Below, piece after piece: positions 26,520 through 39,228 of a DNA stretch of 64,000 nucleotides (position 1 is the first letter of the stretch; each line of letters starts with the position of its first letter). Under the pieces are notes generated by a model that searched no databases, was not told where the DNA came from, and saw only the letters and a list, made by a program, of their open reading frames with translations. The stretch is taken from positions 55,176,875 to 55,240,874 of the forward strand of contig NC_068997.1 in assembly GCF_001194135.2 (NCBI RefSeq), read 5' to 3'. This stretch comes from Octopus bimaculoides. Lineage: Eukaryota. The position numbers and the translations under genes were made by a program.

Positions 26520-26712
26520 CAGCAAAAGCTGGCAGAATGCTTACTGGTATTTCATTTGTGTTTACGTTCTGAGTTCAAATTCTGCCAAGGTCCACTTTGC
26601 CTTTCATCCTTTTGGGGGTCAATAAATTAAGTACCAGTTGCATACTGGGGTCGATCTAATTGACTGGCCCCCTCCCCACCAAATTTAAGGCCCTGTGCCT
26701 ATAATAGAAAGG
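26520..26712 (+). mobile_element. Family B SINE embedded in (TAT)n
   Basis: gctggcagaatg...ttctgagttcaaattc...gtgcctataatagaaaggattattat. Preceded by (tat)n. Confidence 0.85.
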
Positions 26713-26775
26713 ATTATTATTTCACTACTATTACTACCACAACAACTTATTATTATTATGATTATTATTATTATG

Positions 26776-26831
<56 letters not shown>

Positions 26832-26835
26832 CTAT

Positions 26836-27050
26836 AAGGTGGCAAGCTGTCAGAATCAGTAGCATGCTGAGCGAAATGCTTAGTGGTATTTCATCTATCA
26901 CTATGTTCTGAGTTCAAATTCTACCAGGGTTGACTTTGCCTTTCATCCTTTCGGGATCGATTAAATAAGTACCAGTTATGCACTGGAGTCGATGTAATCG
27001 ACTTAATCCCTTCCCCCAAATTTGAGGCCTTCTGATTCCAGCAGAAAGGA
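26836..27050 (+). mobile_element. Second family B SINE in tandem, embedded in (TAT)n
   Basis: aaggtggcaagctgtcagaatcagtagcatgctgagcgaaatgc...gcagaaaggattattattatt. Confidence 0.85.
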
Positions 27051-27489
27051 TTATTATTATTATTATTATTAAGGTGATACACTCTGATTGGTGGGTTTTT
27101 GACTGTTATTCATAACAAGTCAAGAAACTAGAAGCTCCACCCTTTACTTTGTATTTCTAACTATCTTCCGCACATATATCTGTCTTCCAAACAGATTAGT
27201 GTCTCTTCCAAATGTATCTCTTCTCCTTACACTCACATTTACCTTTCATAGATACTCCCACATCTGTCTTTTGCATATCTATCTGTCTTCTATACATGTC
27301 TATCTCTCTCTGTCTCTCTTTCTTTCACACACACACAGATGCATGCCTCTGTCTTCTAAATTGACTAATAATTTCCATTGAGCAAAACAATATTCATCTG
27401 GCTAAAATGATTTACAGACGGAATCTTGTTAATGGGAATCTTCTTGGATTCTTGAGCCAAACTTACTGGGAGGCAACTAACTGCAAGCA

Positions 27490-27655
27490 TCATAATCATT
27501 AACACCACAACCATCATCATCATCATCAACATCATTGTTATTTTCATTACCGTCACCGTTACCCTCAAATCATTCATTACTACTATCATTCTCATCACTA
27601 TCATTAGCATCATAACAAACATCATCATTAGTTCCACCATTACCATCAGGATATG
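27490..27655. repeat. Degenerate (CAT/ATC)n trinucleotide tract
   Basis: catcataatcattaacaccacaaccatcatcatcatc... This tract explains the Met/Val-rich ORF 27365-27673. Confidence 0.8.
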
Positions 27656-28295
27656 TTCACCTTTCAATGCCATTATACGTTACATCTGTAAGCAAGCTTC
27701 TCCACTTAAAAATCTCTTTCTCTTTGTCACACATACGCACACACTCACACACACACACACACACACACACCATGCACACAAACACACTCTCTCTTTCTTT
27801 CTATATATTAAATATCCTCTCTGAGGTTTACACACATATATGCAAGCACGTAGTCATCTATCACATGTGCATACATGCATACACACACACACACCCATTG
27901 AATATATGCATGTATGCGTGCACACACACACACACACACATGCACGCACAGCCATAAATGCCCCACAAACACATGTATTCCACATTTTAACTTTTCCTGC
28001 TTAATGGTAAAGGAATGAGAACTTGAAATCTATCCTTCAAGTTGCAGAATATTTTAAAAGAACACAAATCAAAGAATTAAACTAGACATCCCTAAAACAC
28101 ATTGCCACATGGGTCAGTTGATGGAGCAGCGACCATGTGATCGTAAGTTCAAATCTCCCTTTAACCATTAATGGTGAACCATTAAGAAAAGCAGAATGAC
28201 ACGTCATACTTTTGAATGTTTGATTGATTGATTGAAAGCTGTTTATATGTCACTGGGTTCTCGGTAAGGGAAAACGGTTGCTTAATAGAAAATAC

Positions 28296-28331
<36 letters not shown>

Positions 28332-28399
28332 TGTCTAAAAATGTATGGCTGTGTGGTTGAGATTTCTTTTCAAAACCACATGGTTTTGAGCTTGCCATC

Positions 28400-28655
28400 A
28401 TCATTAACATCATCATCCTTGTTTTAGAGTCCAATTCTCTATGCTTGCATGGGTCATGTGAAATTTGTTTTGGTTGATATTTTGTGACTGGGTGCCCATC
28501 CTGTCACCAACCCTCACCAGTTTGAAAGTAAGGTAATATTTACCTGCCTGAGTCCTTTCAACATTAAAACAACTCAATGGCTGGACATGTTTTGACAGAA
28601 AATTGCAAATGATGTGATGGTGGCAGTTGTTTACAGTTATCATGCAATGTCAAAA
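28400..28655 (-). mobile_element. LINE-tail-related repeat
   Basis: catcatcattaacatc...gcttgcatgggtc...gactgggtgcccatcctgtcaccaaccctcacc...tcatgcaatgtcaaaac. Confidence 0.55.
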
Positions 28656-30001
28656 CAATACACATGCATGCACATGTGCACGTGCACACTCATATATGCA
28701 CATGACAAGCCATTTTCAGTTTCCCTTTAACCAACCTACTCATAAGCCATTGGATGGCCTATTATTGTTGTGCTTGGAGAGATGTTTTACACATGTAATA
28801 AAGTGAGTTAAAAAATATCAATCAATTGAACTTCTGGAATTTCACCTTCTGAGTTCCAGCCCCACTGAGGCCATCTTTGTCTTCCATCATCCCAGAGTCA
28901 ACAAAATAAAGTACCAGTCATGTACTCAGGATCAACTAATATTTGTGTTTCCCAGGCTTTTTAGAGATATTGACAGAACTGTGAATGAATCTTATGAGAG
29001 CTGCTTGGGAATATAAAGCCCATGGGCCACAGTATTTCTGTGAGAAGCAGAAACCCCCACCTCCCCCCAAGATCTCTCATTATTATTGGCTTCAGAAGAC
29101 ATTGAGAACGATGCAAGTTGACAGAAGAAGATAATGCTTATTTAATTGGTGTAAGTGTTTACATAACATGAAACAGAGTGAAGCTATATGAATGATGTTT
29201 AATAGCGTTACTGCCAACTACAAGAACTAACTAGATCAATAGATTCAGGTCAAATTGATACCAAACTCTGTTAAATGGTCAATTCATCCTCTTAGATTGA
29301 TTTCAATAGAAGATCAATAAGAGAAAGTTAGAGGTTGTTTTTCTGTAAATGTATTTGGTCGTGGGAGGTGGAGGGGAACCAGGATTGAACAATTAAGATG
29401 GAAAATAAAAACAGAAAAACATAAAATAACAAAAGTCAATTCAATGAATTATCATTTGAAATTAAACTTTAATAATTCAAATGATGACAAGAAAAAGAGA
29501 AACTTTCGATGAATTCATCCAGACATCTCTGTTTGTCTGTATATGTGTAAGTGTGTCTATGTACATANNNNNNNNNNNNNNNNNNNNNNNNNNNNNNNNN
29601 NNNNNNNNNNNNNNNNNNNNNNNNNNNNNNNNNNNNNNNNNNNNNNNNNNNNNNNNNNNNNNNNNNNNNNNNNNNNNNNNNNNNNNNNNNNNNNNNNNNN
29701 NNNNNNNNNNNNNNNNNNNNNNNNNNNNNNNNNNNNNNNNNNNNNNNNNNNNNNNNNNNNNNNNNNNNNNNNNNNNNNNNNNNNNNNNNNNNNNNNNNNN
29801 NNNNNNNNNNNNNNNNNNNNNNNNNNNNNNNNNNNNNNNNNNNNNNNNNNNNNNNNNNNNNNNNNNNNNNNNNNNNNNNNNNNNNNNNNNNNNNNNNNNN
29901 NNNNNNNNNNNNNNNNNNNNNNNNNNNNNNNNNNNNNNNNNNNNNNNNNNNNNNNNNNNNNNNNNNNNNNNNNNNNNNNNNNNNNNNNNNNNNNNNNNNN
30001 N

Positions 30002-30050
<49 letters not shown>

Positions 30051-30121
30051 AAAACGTTCATTTTTCTTCATGTTTATTCTTCTAGGCTCCCATGGGTTAG
30101 ATTTTGGTGTATTAAGATATT

Positions 30122-30362
30122 GTTTTATGCAAACAAACAGACGCTGGTTGTCAAGTGGTGGTAGTGGGGTGTGTACAAACACATATACACACACATGCAC
30201 TTAACAGTGTTCTTTCAGTTTCTGTCTACCTAATTCATTCACAAGGCTTTAGTCAGCCTGGGGTTGTTGCAGTAAACACTTGTCCAAATTGCAGCACAGT
30301 GGGACTGAAGCAAATTTACATGGTTGGGAAGCAAGCCTCTTACCATGCACCCATGCCTGTGT
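30122..30362 (-). mobile_element. Family A SINE (central and 5' parts)
   Basis: ggttgtcaagtggtgg...ctttcagtttctgtctacc...acacttgtccaaattgcagcacagtgggactgaa...ggttgggaagcaagc. Confidence 0.8.
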
Positions 30363-30495
30363 TCTCCCACCATGCACATATATATATACACTCACATAAT
30401 ATAAATACACACATAAATATATAATGCATATACACTTATATTCGCAAGTACACCCATATATATATACATAGGTGCATGTGTGTGTGTGCGTGTGC

Positions 30496-30532
<37 letters not shown>

Positions 30533-30536
<4 letters not shown>

Positions 30537-30720
30537 AGGTGACCCCAAAGTAGGTTTACAGTTATCACATAAGCACTTTAAATTTCTTTTAAATCATTCT
30601 ATTACATTTCAATTTCTATTTTACAAACTGAAAAGGGAGCTTGACAAAATTAACTAAGTTAGCAAATCACTTAACCACTCACCCATAGAAGACATTTCAT
30701 ATTACATTGGATCTTTCATT
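30533..30720. mobile_element. Possible Tc1/mariner end
   Basis: Begins TA-caaggtgaccccaaagtagg, resembling CAGGGTG-type TIRs. No partner TIR found. Confidence 0.3.
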
Positions 30721-32044
30721 TTCTGTGGGGTTTTTTTTTTTAATAGAAGCGGTTGAGTGAGTAAGGGATTTAAGAGAAAGTGTAAAAATGACGGGAGATA
30801 GTTTTTTCTTTTTCTTTCATTTTTGATGATTCTGTGAAAGGAGAAGGAGCAGTTAAAATTCCATTTGTACAATTATTGGGGGCTGGCAAACATAAGTGGG
30901 AGGGGTGAATGAGAATGAAGCTATGAATTATAGGCTGTTACTTCAACCCTTCTATTTAGCCAAACTGGACAGGGGACAAGGGTCAGAAATGAGGGTAGCT
31001 TATCCAGACAACACTCATGAGACTGAGCCTGAGAAAGATCTAGAATCTTGACAACCACTTCTCACTGTATCCTCTAACCACCACTACTTGACAAGAGAGA
31101 CGTATAATAGGTGCATTGAGACCTGAAGTAGACCCTGATAAATTCCTCTAAGAGCCCAAATGGCCCTTATTAGAGTGAGTAATAGATTTAGTCTAGCACT
31201 GTTTAGTACAGAGAACGTCTGTTTTCTACAAAAATCAAGAAATATTTCCTTCTGTTTAAATTAATACATTTACACAATTTATCCCATTTTTTTATTGAAA
31301 TTGTTCATGTAAAAAAAAAACAAAAAAAAAATGTTTTGATATGCATTGAGTTGTAATGCGATAGATTGTGAAGATGAAAAGAAAATTGTCATAGTTTTAA
31401 CCTCTATCAGAGTTCTTAGTTCTGGAGAGATTGTTGTGAAGTAATGATGGATTTGTGAGGAGATATTACACATCAGAGAGTAAACACAATGTAGAGACAC
31501 CTCTTAAAAACCTTAAGTGTTCTCTTCTCTGTGAACTTAATCTTTTGCTGATTGCCTGTCACTGGCAACTAAGACTGGCTGTCATTCAAGTGGGTCTCTG
31601 AGTATTCTTTCTATACAAGTGGCTTCACATAAAAATACAATATGCTTCTAAATAGAACCCAGATATCTATCAGATAAGATATCTATCAGATAAGTAGCTT
31701 CCCAGAATGAGAGAATGTCCTTTGCAGTGCAGTACTTCTTATTCTCATACAAAGCGAGAGAGAGAGAGAGAGAGTTACAAGCAAAGCACAAATCTAACTC
31801 TAGATACTAAATTTACTATTCCGACATTCAAGTACTAGTTATGGTTTCTACAGAGGACAGCAATTATATGGCACCAGAAAAATGGTGGCAGAATGTTTTC
31901 TTTTTTGTCATTGTTACTATTATTTTCCAGATTTGCTTTTTCTCTCTGTCTTTGTCTGTTAAACTTCTATAACTGCAACCCATTCAATTTCTCATTTATT
32001 TCTCAGTGATGCATCTCTGTCTTTCTGCCAGCAACATTTGATGT

Positions 32045-32280
32045 GTGAAGGCTCATGGCCCAGTGGTTAGAGTGTTGGGTTGCCAGTTGTATGGTCATGG
32101 GTTCAGTTTCTGGACCAGGCAGTACATCATACCTAAACTACTTAATTGCATGTTACTGCAAAGGTGTCACCTAAAAGTGAGTACCAGTCGACACCTGGTG
32201 CATCTCTCTCTCACTCTCTCTCTAACCAGCTGTCACATCATTAATGTTCTTCTAGGTCAAGGACACGAGAGTTAGACAGG
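32045..32280 (+). mobile_element. Family C-like SINE, degenerate
   Basis: gtgaaggctcatggcccagtggttagagtgttggg...gggttcagtttctggaccagg. Confidence 0.55.
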
Positions 32281-32772
32281 TGACTACACAGGTACACAAA
32301 TAAAACAACAAGCACAAACACAGCACAAGCTCTCCAATCACACTTGTGGGTAATGATCAAGCTACAAAATCTACTAAAATTATGTACCCTATACATTGCT
32401 GCATTTGTCTGGAACTGAAAAAAAAAAAAAAAAAAGAATGGTGTATCATAGCTAAATACTAATCTTGAGACTTTCCTTAATCAATTTCTAATCCTCTAAA
32501 CCACTGATAAAACACAAGCAAAAGTTAAAAAATATAGACACATGTTTAAACCGTTATGCTTTCAGAAATTCGAAACTTATTAAACAAAAACTACTTTTAA
32601 ATGTCAGTTATACTACAGCCAGAAACTAGGAAGACAATCTGTTCATATTTATATATATATATATATATATATTTATACATGTATATATATGAAAAGATAT
32701 ATATATAATTATTATTTGTTACTTTCTCAAAAGACTCTCTGGAAATTAAAGGTAATAAATAAATAAACTTAC

Positions 32773-32840
32773 ACAGTGAACAGTAGAGAATGCTTTGAAG
32801 TAGAGATGTTTCTCTGTAGAGTTATTAAAGGTGGTTATCC
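32773..32840 (-). CDS. Candidate exon (ITTFNNSTEKHLYFKAFSTVHC)
   Basis: Strong donor CTGT|gtaagt. Acceptor tttatctgcag|GG, with alternatives upstream in the same open frame (MPGVANLSAG...). The other two frames stop at once. Confidence 0.35.
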
Positions 32841-33139
32841 CTGCAGATAAATTTGCTACACCTGGCATAGATGTAAAGCTTAGAGTGTAATTTAATTTAA
32901 TAGCTATAATACTAATAAATCCTCATTTGATGTTAATCTCTCCTAGAAAATGTTTCCGAGAAAGTAGAGTCTTGAAATATTTTGGTTTCTATGATGAGGG
33001 GGAGAGGCGGGGGGAGTAAAAGATAGATTGCTGATTTCATTGAAATACTGGCAAAAATGATTAAATAAATGAATTATTGATTATAAAATGAAAGGTTTTT
33101 AAGTATTTTATAGATTTTCTTATATTTTACTTGTTTCTT

Positions 33140-33310
33140 TGGTCAAACAATTCGACCCTGGTATTTGCCTCTTTTTTTTTTTTTTAAATTTTTTTTTTAG
33201 CCTGGTACTTGTTCTATCGATCACTTTTTGCAGAACTACTACGTTAAAGGAAAATAAACACAATAACACCAATTGTCAGGTGGGGGGAGTGGGAGAACAA
33301 ACAAAGACAC
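33140..33310 (-). mobile_element. Family A SINE, 3' part (runs into gap)
   Basis: ggtcaaacaattcgaccctgg...gcctggtacttgttctatcgatc...aattgtcaggtggggg. Confidence 0.7.
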
Positions 33311-33461
33311 NNNNNNNNNNNNNNNNNNNNNNNNNNNNNNNNNNNNNNNNNNNNNNNNNNNNNNNNNNNNNNNNNNNNNNNNNNNNNNNNNNNNNNNNNN
33401 NNNNNNNNNNNNNNNNNNNNNNNNNNNNNNNNNNNNNNNATATATATATATATATACATGT

Positions 33462-33690
33462 GAAGGTGTATGGCTCAGTGGGTTGAGCATCAGGTTTACA
33501 GTCATGAGGCTGTAAGTTCAATTCCTGGACTATGCTGTGTTTATTTCATGTTGCTCCAATTCCCTCAGCTGTAGAAATGAGTTGTGACGGCACTGGTGGA
33601 AAGCTGTATTAGCCCCTTTGCCTTTCCCTCGGATAATATCGGTGGTGTGGAGAGGGATGACTGGTATGCAAAAATACATCTTGTGCAGAT
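33462..33690 (+). mobile_element. Family C SINE
   Basis: gaaggtgtatggctcagtgggttgagc...aagttcaattcctggac...gttgctccaattccctcagctgtagaaatgagttg...ggagagggatgactggtatgca. Confidence 0.8.
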
Positions 33691-34938
33691 TCAGTATTTA
33701 GGGGAGAGTATAGACTGGTGCAAATGTTTAGGTTTATTATTTGTTAAAGTTTACTGGGGTTACCGCTAACATAGTGAGAAGTGGGAAACAACATGGCAGA
33801 TCATTTCATACAGATGCAAGGCTATTTAAAAGGAGGGAAAAGGATGAAGTATGATTTAATACCCAATGCACACACAGACACACACATACACACACACACG
33901 TATTTTAAGCCTTGCAAAGATTATTTGTGATTGTATTCACTTCCTTGTATAAGTAAGCTCTGGTCTACAAAACAAAAAGAGAAAAAAATGCATATGTACG
34001 TAAATACAATAGTGTGTGTGTGTGTGTGTGCATGTGTGTGGGTGTGTGTGTGCGTGAAGCATGTGTGTGTGTGCGTGTGCGTGTGTGTGATTCTGCACAT
34101 GTATTTTGAAAACTCTTTGCTTTTGTTCCTACAAGATAGAAAAAAAAATTGAAGCATGAGAATCAATCCTACCAAATGAATCTTGGAACAAACTTTCAGA
34201 AATTAATTTAAGGATTCAGGATATAAAATAAAAGTTAAAAAATTAGTAATTAGCAAGAGAATAATTAAGCAAATATTGTCTTAACCTTCATGATTTAAAC
34301 ACACAAAAGAACAGTTCAGAATTAGAAAATTGTATAAGGTAAAATTTATAAATGAACATTAATAATGTTATTGAGGTGTTTCTTGCATTTGACAGAATTT
34401 AGCAGCTTCTTTTTGCCTGCCCAGTACACGTATGGTGTTCCAGTTTAAACCTGACAGGCATAATAAATAGATTGTAATTAAGTATGATCATGTGGAAATT
34501 GCTAAATTAGGTGTAAACTTGCTTTTAGTCATGTTTTCTTAAATTCATTTACCAAGAGTAAATGTCTCATATTCCTCTCCCGAAATTCCTGACAGTTCTC
34601 GTAATATCTTTTTCACACATTAAAGAACAGCAGCAATACAAAAATAATCAAAATTTCAAAATATTTTAGAAAATATTTACAATCAAAAATTTTGAATGTA
34701 AACCAAAATAAAATTCAAGAGATGCTTAAGATTTCAAAATGTGTGGAAACCAAAGTGCTTCTGATAGCAGCTAGAAAATGTTTAGGCAGATGCAAACCAC
34801 ATTATTCCTGTTAACCGTTCTCTGATGAAATTTCAATAAACCTGAACACTATACCAAAAATAGATTTACTGCTTGACATTTTTCATACTGAAGTTATATA
34901 AATTTTTCATGTACCAAAATAAAAATAACAATAGCAAC

Positions 34939-34939
<1 letters not shown>

Positions 34940-35002
<63 letters not shown>

Positions 35003-35016
35003 TAATAATAATAATA
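34940..35016. repeat. (AAT)n microsatellite at the tail of a family B SINE
   Basis: More than 20 near-perfect AAT units. Confidence 0.95.
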
Positions 35017-35017
35017 A

Positions 35018-35225
35018 CTTTTTCTACTACAGGCACAAGGCCTGAAATTTGGGGGAGGGGATAAATCAATTACATTGACCCCCAGTACTCAACTGGTACT
35101 TATTTTATCGACCCCAAAAGGATGAAAAGCAAATTCAATCCCAGTGGCATTTGAACTCAAAACAAAGTCAGAAGCCATGCCACTAATCACTTTGTCTGAT
35201 GCCGTAACAATTCTACCAGCCTGTC
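35018..35225 (-). mobile_element. Family B SINE
   Basis: cttttctactacaggcacaaggcctgaaatttgggggagggg...atcgaccccaaaaggatgaaaagc...tttgaactc...ttctaccagc. Confidence 0.85.
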
Positions 35226-35443
35226 TGTTTAGTAGTAGTGGTAGTAATGATAATAATAATAAGGAAAAGAAGAATGAATGTGAGTTCAATAAATATAGGT
35301 GATAAAAGCTCTCCCGGGAATCTGGAATAGAGTTATATGATGACACAGTGTGCTTGTATTTAATATAATCTTGCACAAAGCTGATATCAGATATAAAAGT
35401 TGCCGATTTAAAACTTCAATTGAACGTTTAAATTATAAATTAC

Positions 35444-35605
35444 ATTTTAGATGTGTTGTTGTCAGTAAATTGTGGTTAGAAAGTTCAAAGACGTTAAGGT
35501 TAGTTGTGAATACTAGCACGACTGATTGGCCACGAACATGGATTCCAGTCTCAATATTATCATCACTAACATGGCTGAGTAAGACAGCATTGTCAATTTC
35601 AGCAA
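35444..35605 (-). CDS. Candidate 162-nt phase 1-1 exon (AEIDNAVLLSHVSDDNIETGIHVRGQSVVLVFTTNLNVFELSNHNLLTTTHLK)
   Basis: Open frame bracketed by stops, donor AAT|gtaatt, and a T-rich tract. The acceptor is an atypical ...taatgag. Peptide looks natural but is not recognised. Confidence 0.3.
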
Positions 35606-35854
35606 CTCATTACAAACAACAAAGAATCAATGAAATGGTGTTAATAACTCTCTGGCAAAACAAAAAAAAAAGAAAGAAAAAAATTATATATAATAACAAT
35701 AATGATGATGATGATGATAATCATAATAATAATCAGTATAGTTTCAGTTAAATATTAAAATGAAGTGTGGAACTAGACTAGAGACAGAGATAAGAAATAA
35801 CTTGATCTTAAAAGAAACCGTCAAATGCAAGGAATTGTTTCTATTAAAGAAACA

Positions 35855-35904
<50 letters not shown>

Positions 35905-36290
35905 GTAGGTGTCGGTGTGGCTGTGTGGTAAAAAGCTTGCTCCCCAGCACATGGTTGCTGCTGCATCATACCATGGGCACTTGTCTTCTACTATAGTCAT
36001 GGGCTGACCAAAGCCTTGAAAGTAAATTTCATAGACAGAACTGAAAGAAGCCAATTGTGTGTGTGTGTATATATATATACATGTGTGTGTGTGCAAAAGT
36101 GTATTGGCGTCCAGTACCAACCGATGTTGGTGTTTTCATTCCTGTAACTTAGCAGTCTGGCGAAAGAAACTTCTAGAATAAGTACCATGCTTAAAAAAAA
36201 TGATAGTACTGAGGTCAATTTGTTTGACTAAAATTCCTCAAAGCAGTGCCCCAGCATGGCCACAGGCTCATGACTGAAACAGATAAAAGA
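35905..36290 (+). mobile_element. Family A SINE, full length
   Basis: gtaggtgtcggtgtggctgtgtggtaaaaagcttgc...gggcacttgtcttctactatagtc...gcagtgccccagcatggccacagg...gactgaaacagataaaaga. Confidence 0.9.
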
Positions 36291-36315
36291 TATATATATA
36301 TATATATATATATAT

Positions 36316-36469
36316 AGGACGACTGGTCCAGTGGTTACCGTGTCATAATCACAATTGTGGTTTCAATTCCTAGACCGGATGGTACATTGTGTTCTTGGGT
36401 AAAACACTTCATCTCACATTGCTCTGGAATCACTGCAACACTTGACATGTGGCACACGGTGCACTGATT

Positions 36470-36515
<46 letters not shown>

Positions 36516-36600
36516 ACTGTGCACTGATTCAAGCAATGTCAATTGGATGGAGACAGAGAATTAATGTACAGAAGATACATTTGATCACTATAAACAAACC
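36316..36600 (+). mobile_element. Family C-like SINE interrupted by (CTA)n
   Basis: ggtccagtggttacc...ggtttcaattcctagacc...gttgctctggaatcac. The body resumes after the microsatellite. Confidence 0.6.
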
Positions 36601-36664
36601 ATTTGTGCTGGTCATTCAACAAAAGTTGAAAACTCCTATGTCATTTCCAACGGGAAGGTCCATC

Positions 36665-36700
<36 letters not shown>

Positions 36701-37334
36701 AGCATGATAATGACATCTATAAAGATAATTACATTATTAAATTCCATTTTTTAAAACTTCATTTTTGAATAGTATTAGTTCTAAATACAGTATTTCTCTT
36801 GCTATTTCAAAGATGGCATTCAGGATTCATCCTTTTGAGGCCAAACTGACTGAGACTGTTCTACTTCTAAGGCAATCGAAACTGAAACCTTTCATCAAAT
36901 TTTGATAACACCAATTTTGAAAGGGCAAGAGTATTTCATTAAATTCCTTCTCGTTTCTTTAATTGCAGGCAGTGTATTTCAAGAGAGACAATGGTAACGA
37001 AAGAATTAAATGAATGATGTTTGGAGAAGCTGATAATAAACAAAAATCAAGTAATTTGATTAATGTTGACAAGAATCTCTACTGGTTAAGCTAATAACTA
37101 ACAGAAAAGTGGATATTGAGTACTACATATTTTACATGAAACAGAATCATGAGTCAATAGGAAGATAAAATGGCTTGCAATTCCCTTGATGCTTCAGACA
37201 GAAAGTAAATTTTGAAACCATTTTGTGTTGTTTTCATTAATTTGATAACAATTTACTCTGACACATACAGACAGACAGACAAGTTTCCCACCCTCTTTAG
37301 CAAGAAATTTCATTCAGCTTAGTTGAGTTATCTT

Positions 37335-37433
37335 TCAAAAATAACAGTCATAATCATCGCAGTCTAAAGGATAAGAGAAGTGACTCGTTACTGTCTGAAG
37401 TCGCCTGTAAAACCATTCAACAGATGCATGTCT
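37335..37433 (-). CDS. Candidate coding exon (RHASVEWFYRRLQTVTSHFSYPLDCDDYDCYF*)
   Basis: Strong acceptor gttacattctttgtttttatag|AGA. 32 codons then TGA. Three CpGs in 99 nt against a CpG-poor background. A second frame (DMHLLNGFTGDFRQ*) is also possible. Confidence 0.4.
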   Translation of the reverse strand, partial: RHASVEWFYRRLQTVTSHFSYPLDCDDYDCYF

Positions 37434-37974
37434 CTATAAAAACAAAGAATGTAACTACAGGAAACCAAAACTGTTACTCTTCTAATATTTTTTATTTTGT
37501 CTTACTTCCTTTTTACACTAAGTTTATTTTTGTTTTGTTTTCTTTCCTCAAAATATATGTGTCATCCGAGCTACAAGACACAGGATAAATGAAGATAAAC
37601 CATTTATAAAATTTATCTGCAGAGATTGAAAAAACAGAGATTAAATTAAATTTTAAAGTCAAGTGAAGTGATACATTAACTTGTATGAGATAACAGGCGT
37701 AAACTCTTACCTATTCTTATCTAAAAATCCTTCAGAAGTAAAATTTGAAGTTAATTAGTTTTTCAGTCAACAGATGGTAAAAATATGTTCTGTGCTATTC
37801 TCACATCACTCTTTTTAATTCTAGTAGAGTGTGAGAATATATCTATTTTATATTAGATTTTAAAATAAAATACATTTTTAGTACAGTCTTTGAATTGCTC
37901 ACATCACCGTTACTTGCATTAAGTATGAGACCAGTGTCATGCATGCTTTTAAAAGATTCATCTACAACATTACT

Positions 37975-38024
<50 letters not shown>

Positions 38025-39014
38025 AAAAGGAAAGTGATAAGATTTCTGGGATATAGAATGTAGTTACTTGACAAGTATCTCGTTTGTTTGTTTGTAATAT
38101 AATTATTTGCTTTAATATAGGCACAGGTGTGACTGTGTCATAAGAGATTTGCATCCCAACCCCATGGTCTCTGAATTGAGTCACAGACACTCCCTTGTCA
38201 GTGGTATTGCTGTCAGAAATGCCATGACTCAGTGACTGGACTATTGGGTGGGAAACATGGAAGTAGAAGCATTATTGTTCTCTAATTGCAATATAAAATA
38301 TAATTAACACATGATTAAGTGACAATATCAACTCAATGCTCAACACACTGTGACATTGTTTATGTTACTATGGTAACACATATCAATTACTTTGAAATGT
38401 TCAAAAATAAACAAATAAATAAAATTAGTCACAGTACTGAGTTGTAAAATCGTCTACTGCATGAATTCTTTAAAATATCCAAATTTTCAAAATTATTATT
38501 GCCTAGAAAATAGATTTATTTGAAAAGTTATTACATTTTTATAGGTTTTTGCCCGTTATTACAATGGAACTAATGGAGCCATTGTAGTTGTCAGTTGAAT
38601 TAATTGAAAATACAGTTGCATTGCTACATATTGCAGTTGTAGGCTTGGAATAGATGAAGATTTATTAGATTCTGGATGTAGAGTTTAATTAGAATTTGCA
38701 CAATTAATTATGTAGTGCTAAAATATATATGCTATTCCATTTTGTAAATCTATATAAGAATTACAACTTTGGCTATCTATACATACACACACATATACAT
38801 ACAATAGGCTTCCTTCAGTTTCCAACTACCAAATCCATTCACAAGGTTTTGGTTGGCTATATNNNNNNNNNNNNNNNNNNNNNNNNNNNNNNNNNNNNNN
38901 NNNNNNNNNNNNNNNNNNNNNNNNNNNNNNNNNNNNNNNNNNNNNNNNNNNNNNNNNNNNNNNNNNNNNNNNNNNNNNNNNNNATATATATATACACACA
39001 CATATATGTATACA

Positions 39015-39228
39015 TTTTTCTACTCTAGGCACAAGGCCCAAAATCTTTGAGGGAGGAGCCAGTCGATTATATCGACCCCAGTAAGCAACTGGTACTTAAT
39101 TTATCGTCCCCAAAAGGATGAAAGACAAAGTCAACCTCAGCGGAATTTGAACTCAGACTATAAAAACAAAAGAAATACCGCTTAGCATTTCGATCGGCGT
39201 GCTAACGTTTCTGCCTGCTCACCACCTT
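39015..39228 (-). mobile_element. Family B SINE, well preserved
   Basis: ttttctactctaggcacaaggcccaaaatc...gtcaacctcagcggaatttgaactcaga...ccgcttagcatttcgatcggcgtgctaacgtttctgcc. Confidence 0.9.

Noticed and set aside
31661-31694. 16-bp tandem agatatctatcagata x2 (also the 20-bp tandem at 51139-51179)
   Set aside because: Two-copy slippage duplications with no spacers, so not CRISPR-like.
31865-31879. YMAPE, a kinase subdomain VIII-like pentapeptide
   Set aside because: Lacks the preceding GT and any other kinase motif. A chance match is plausible across six frames.
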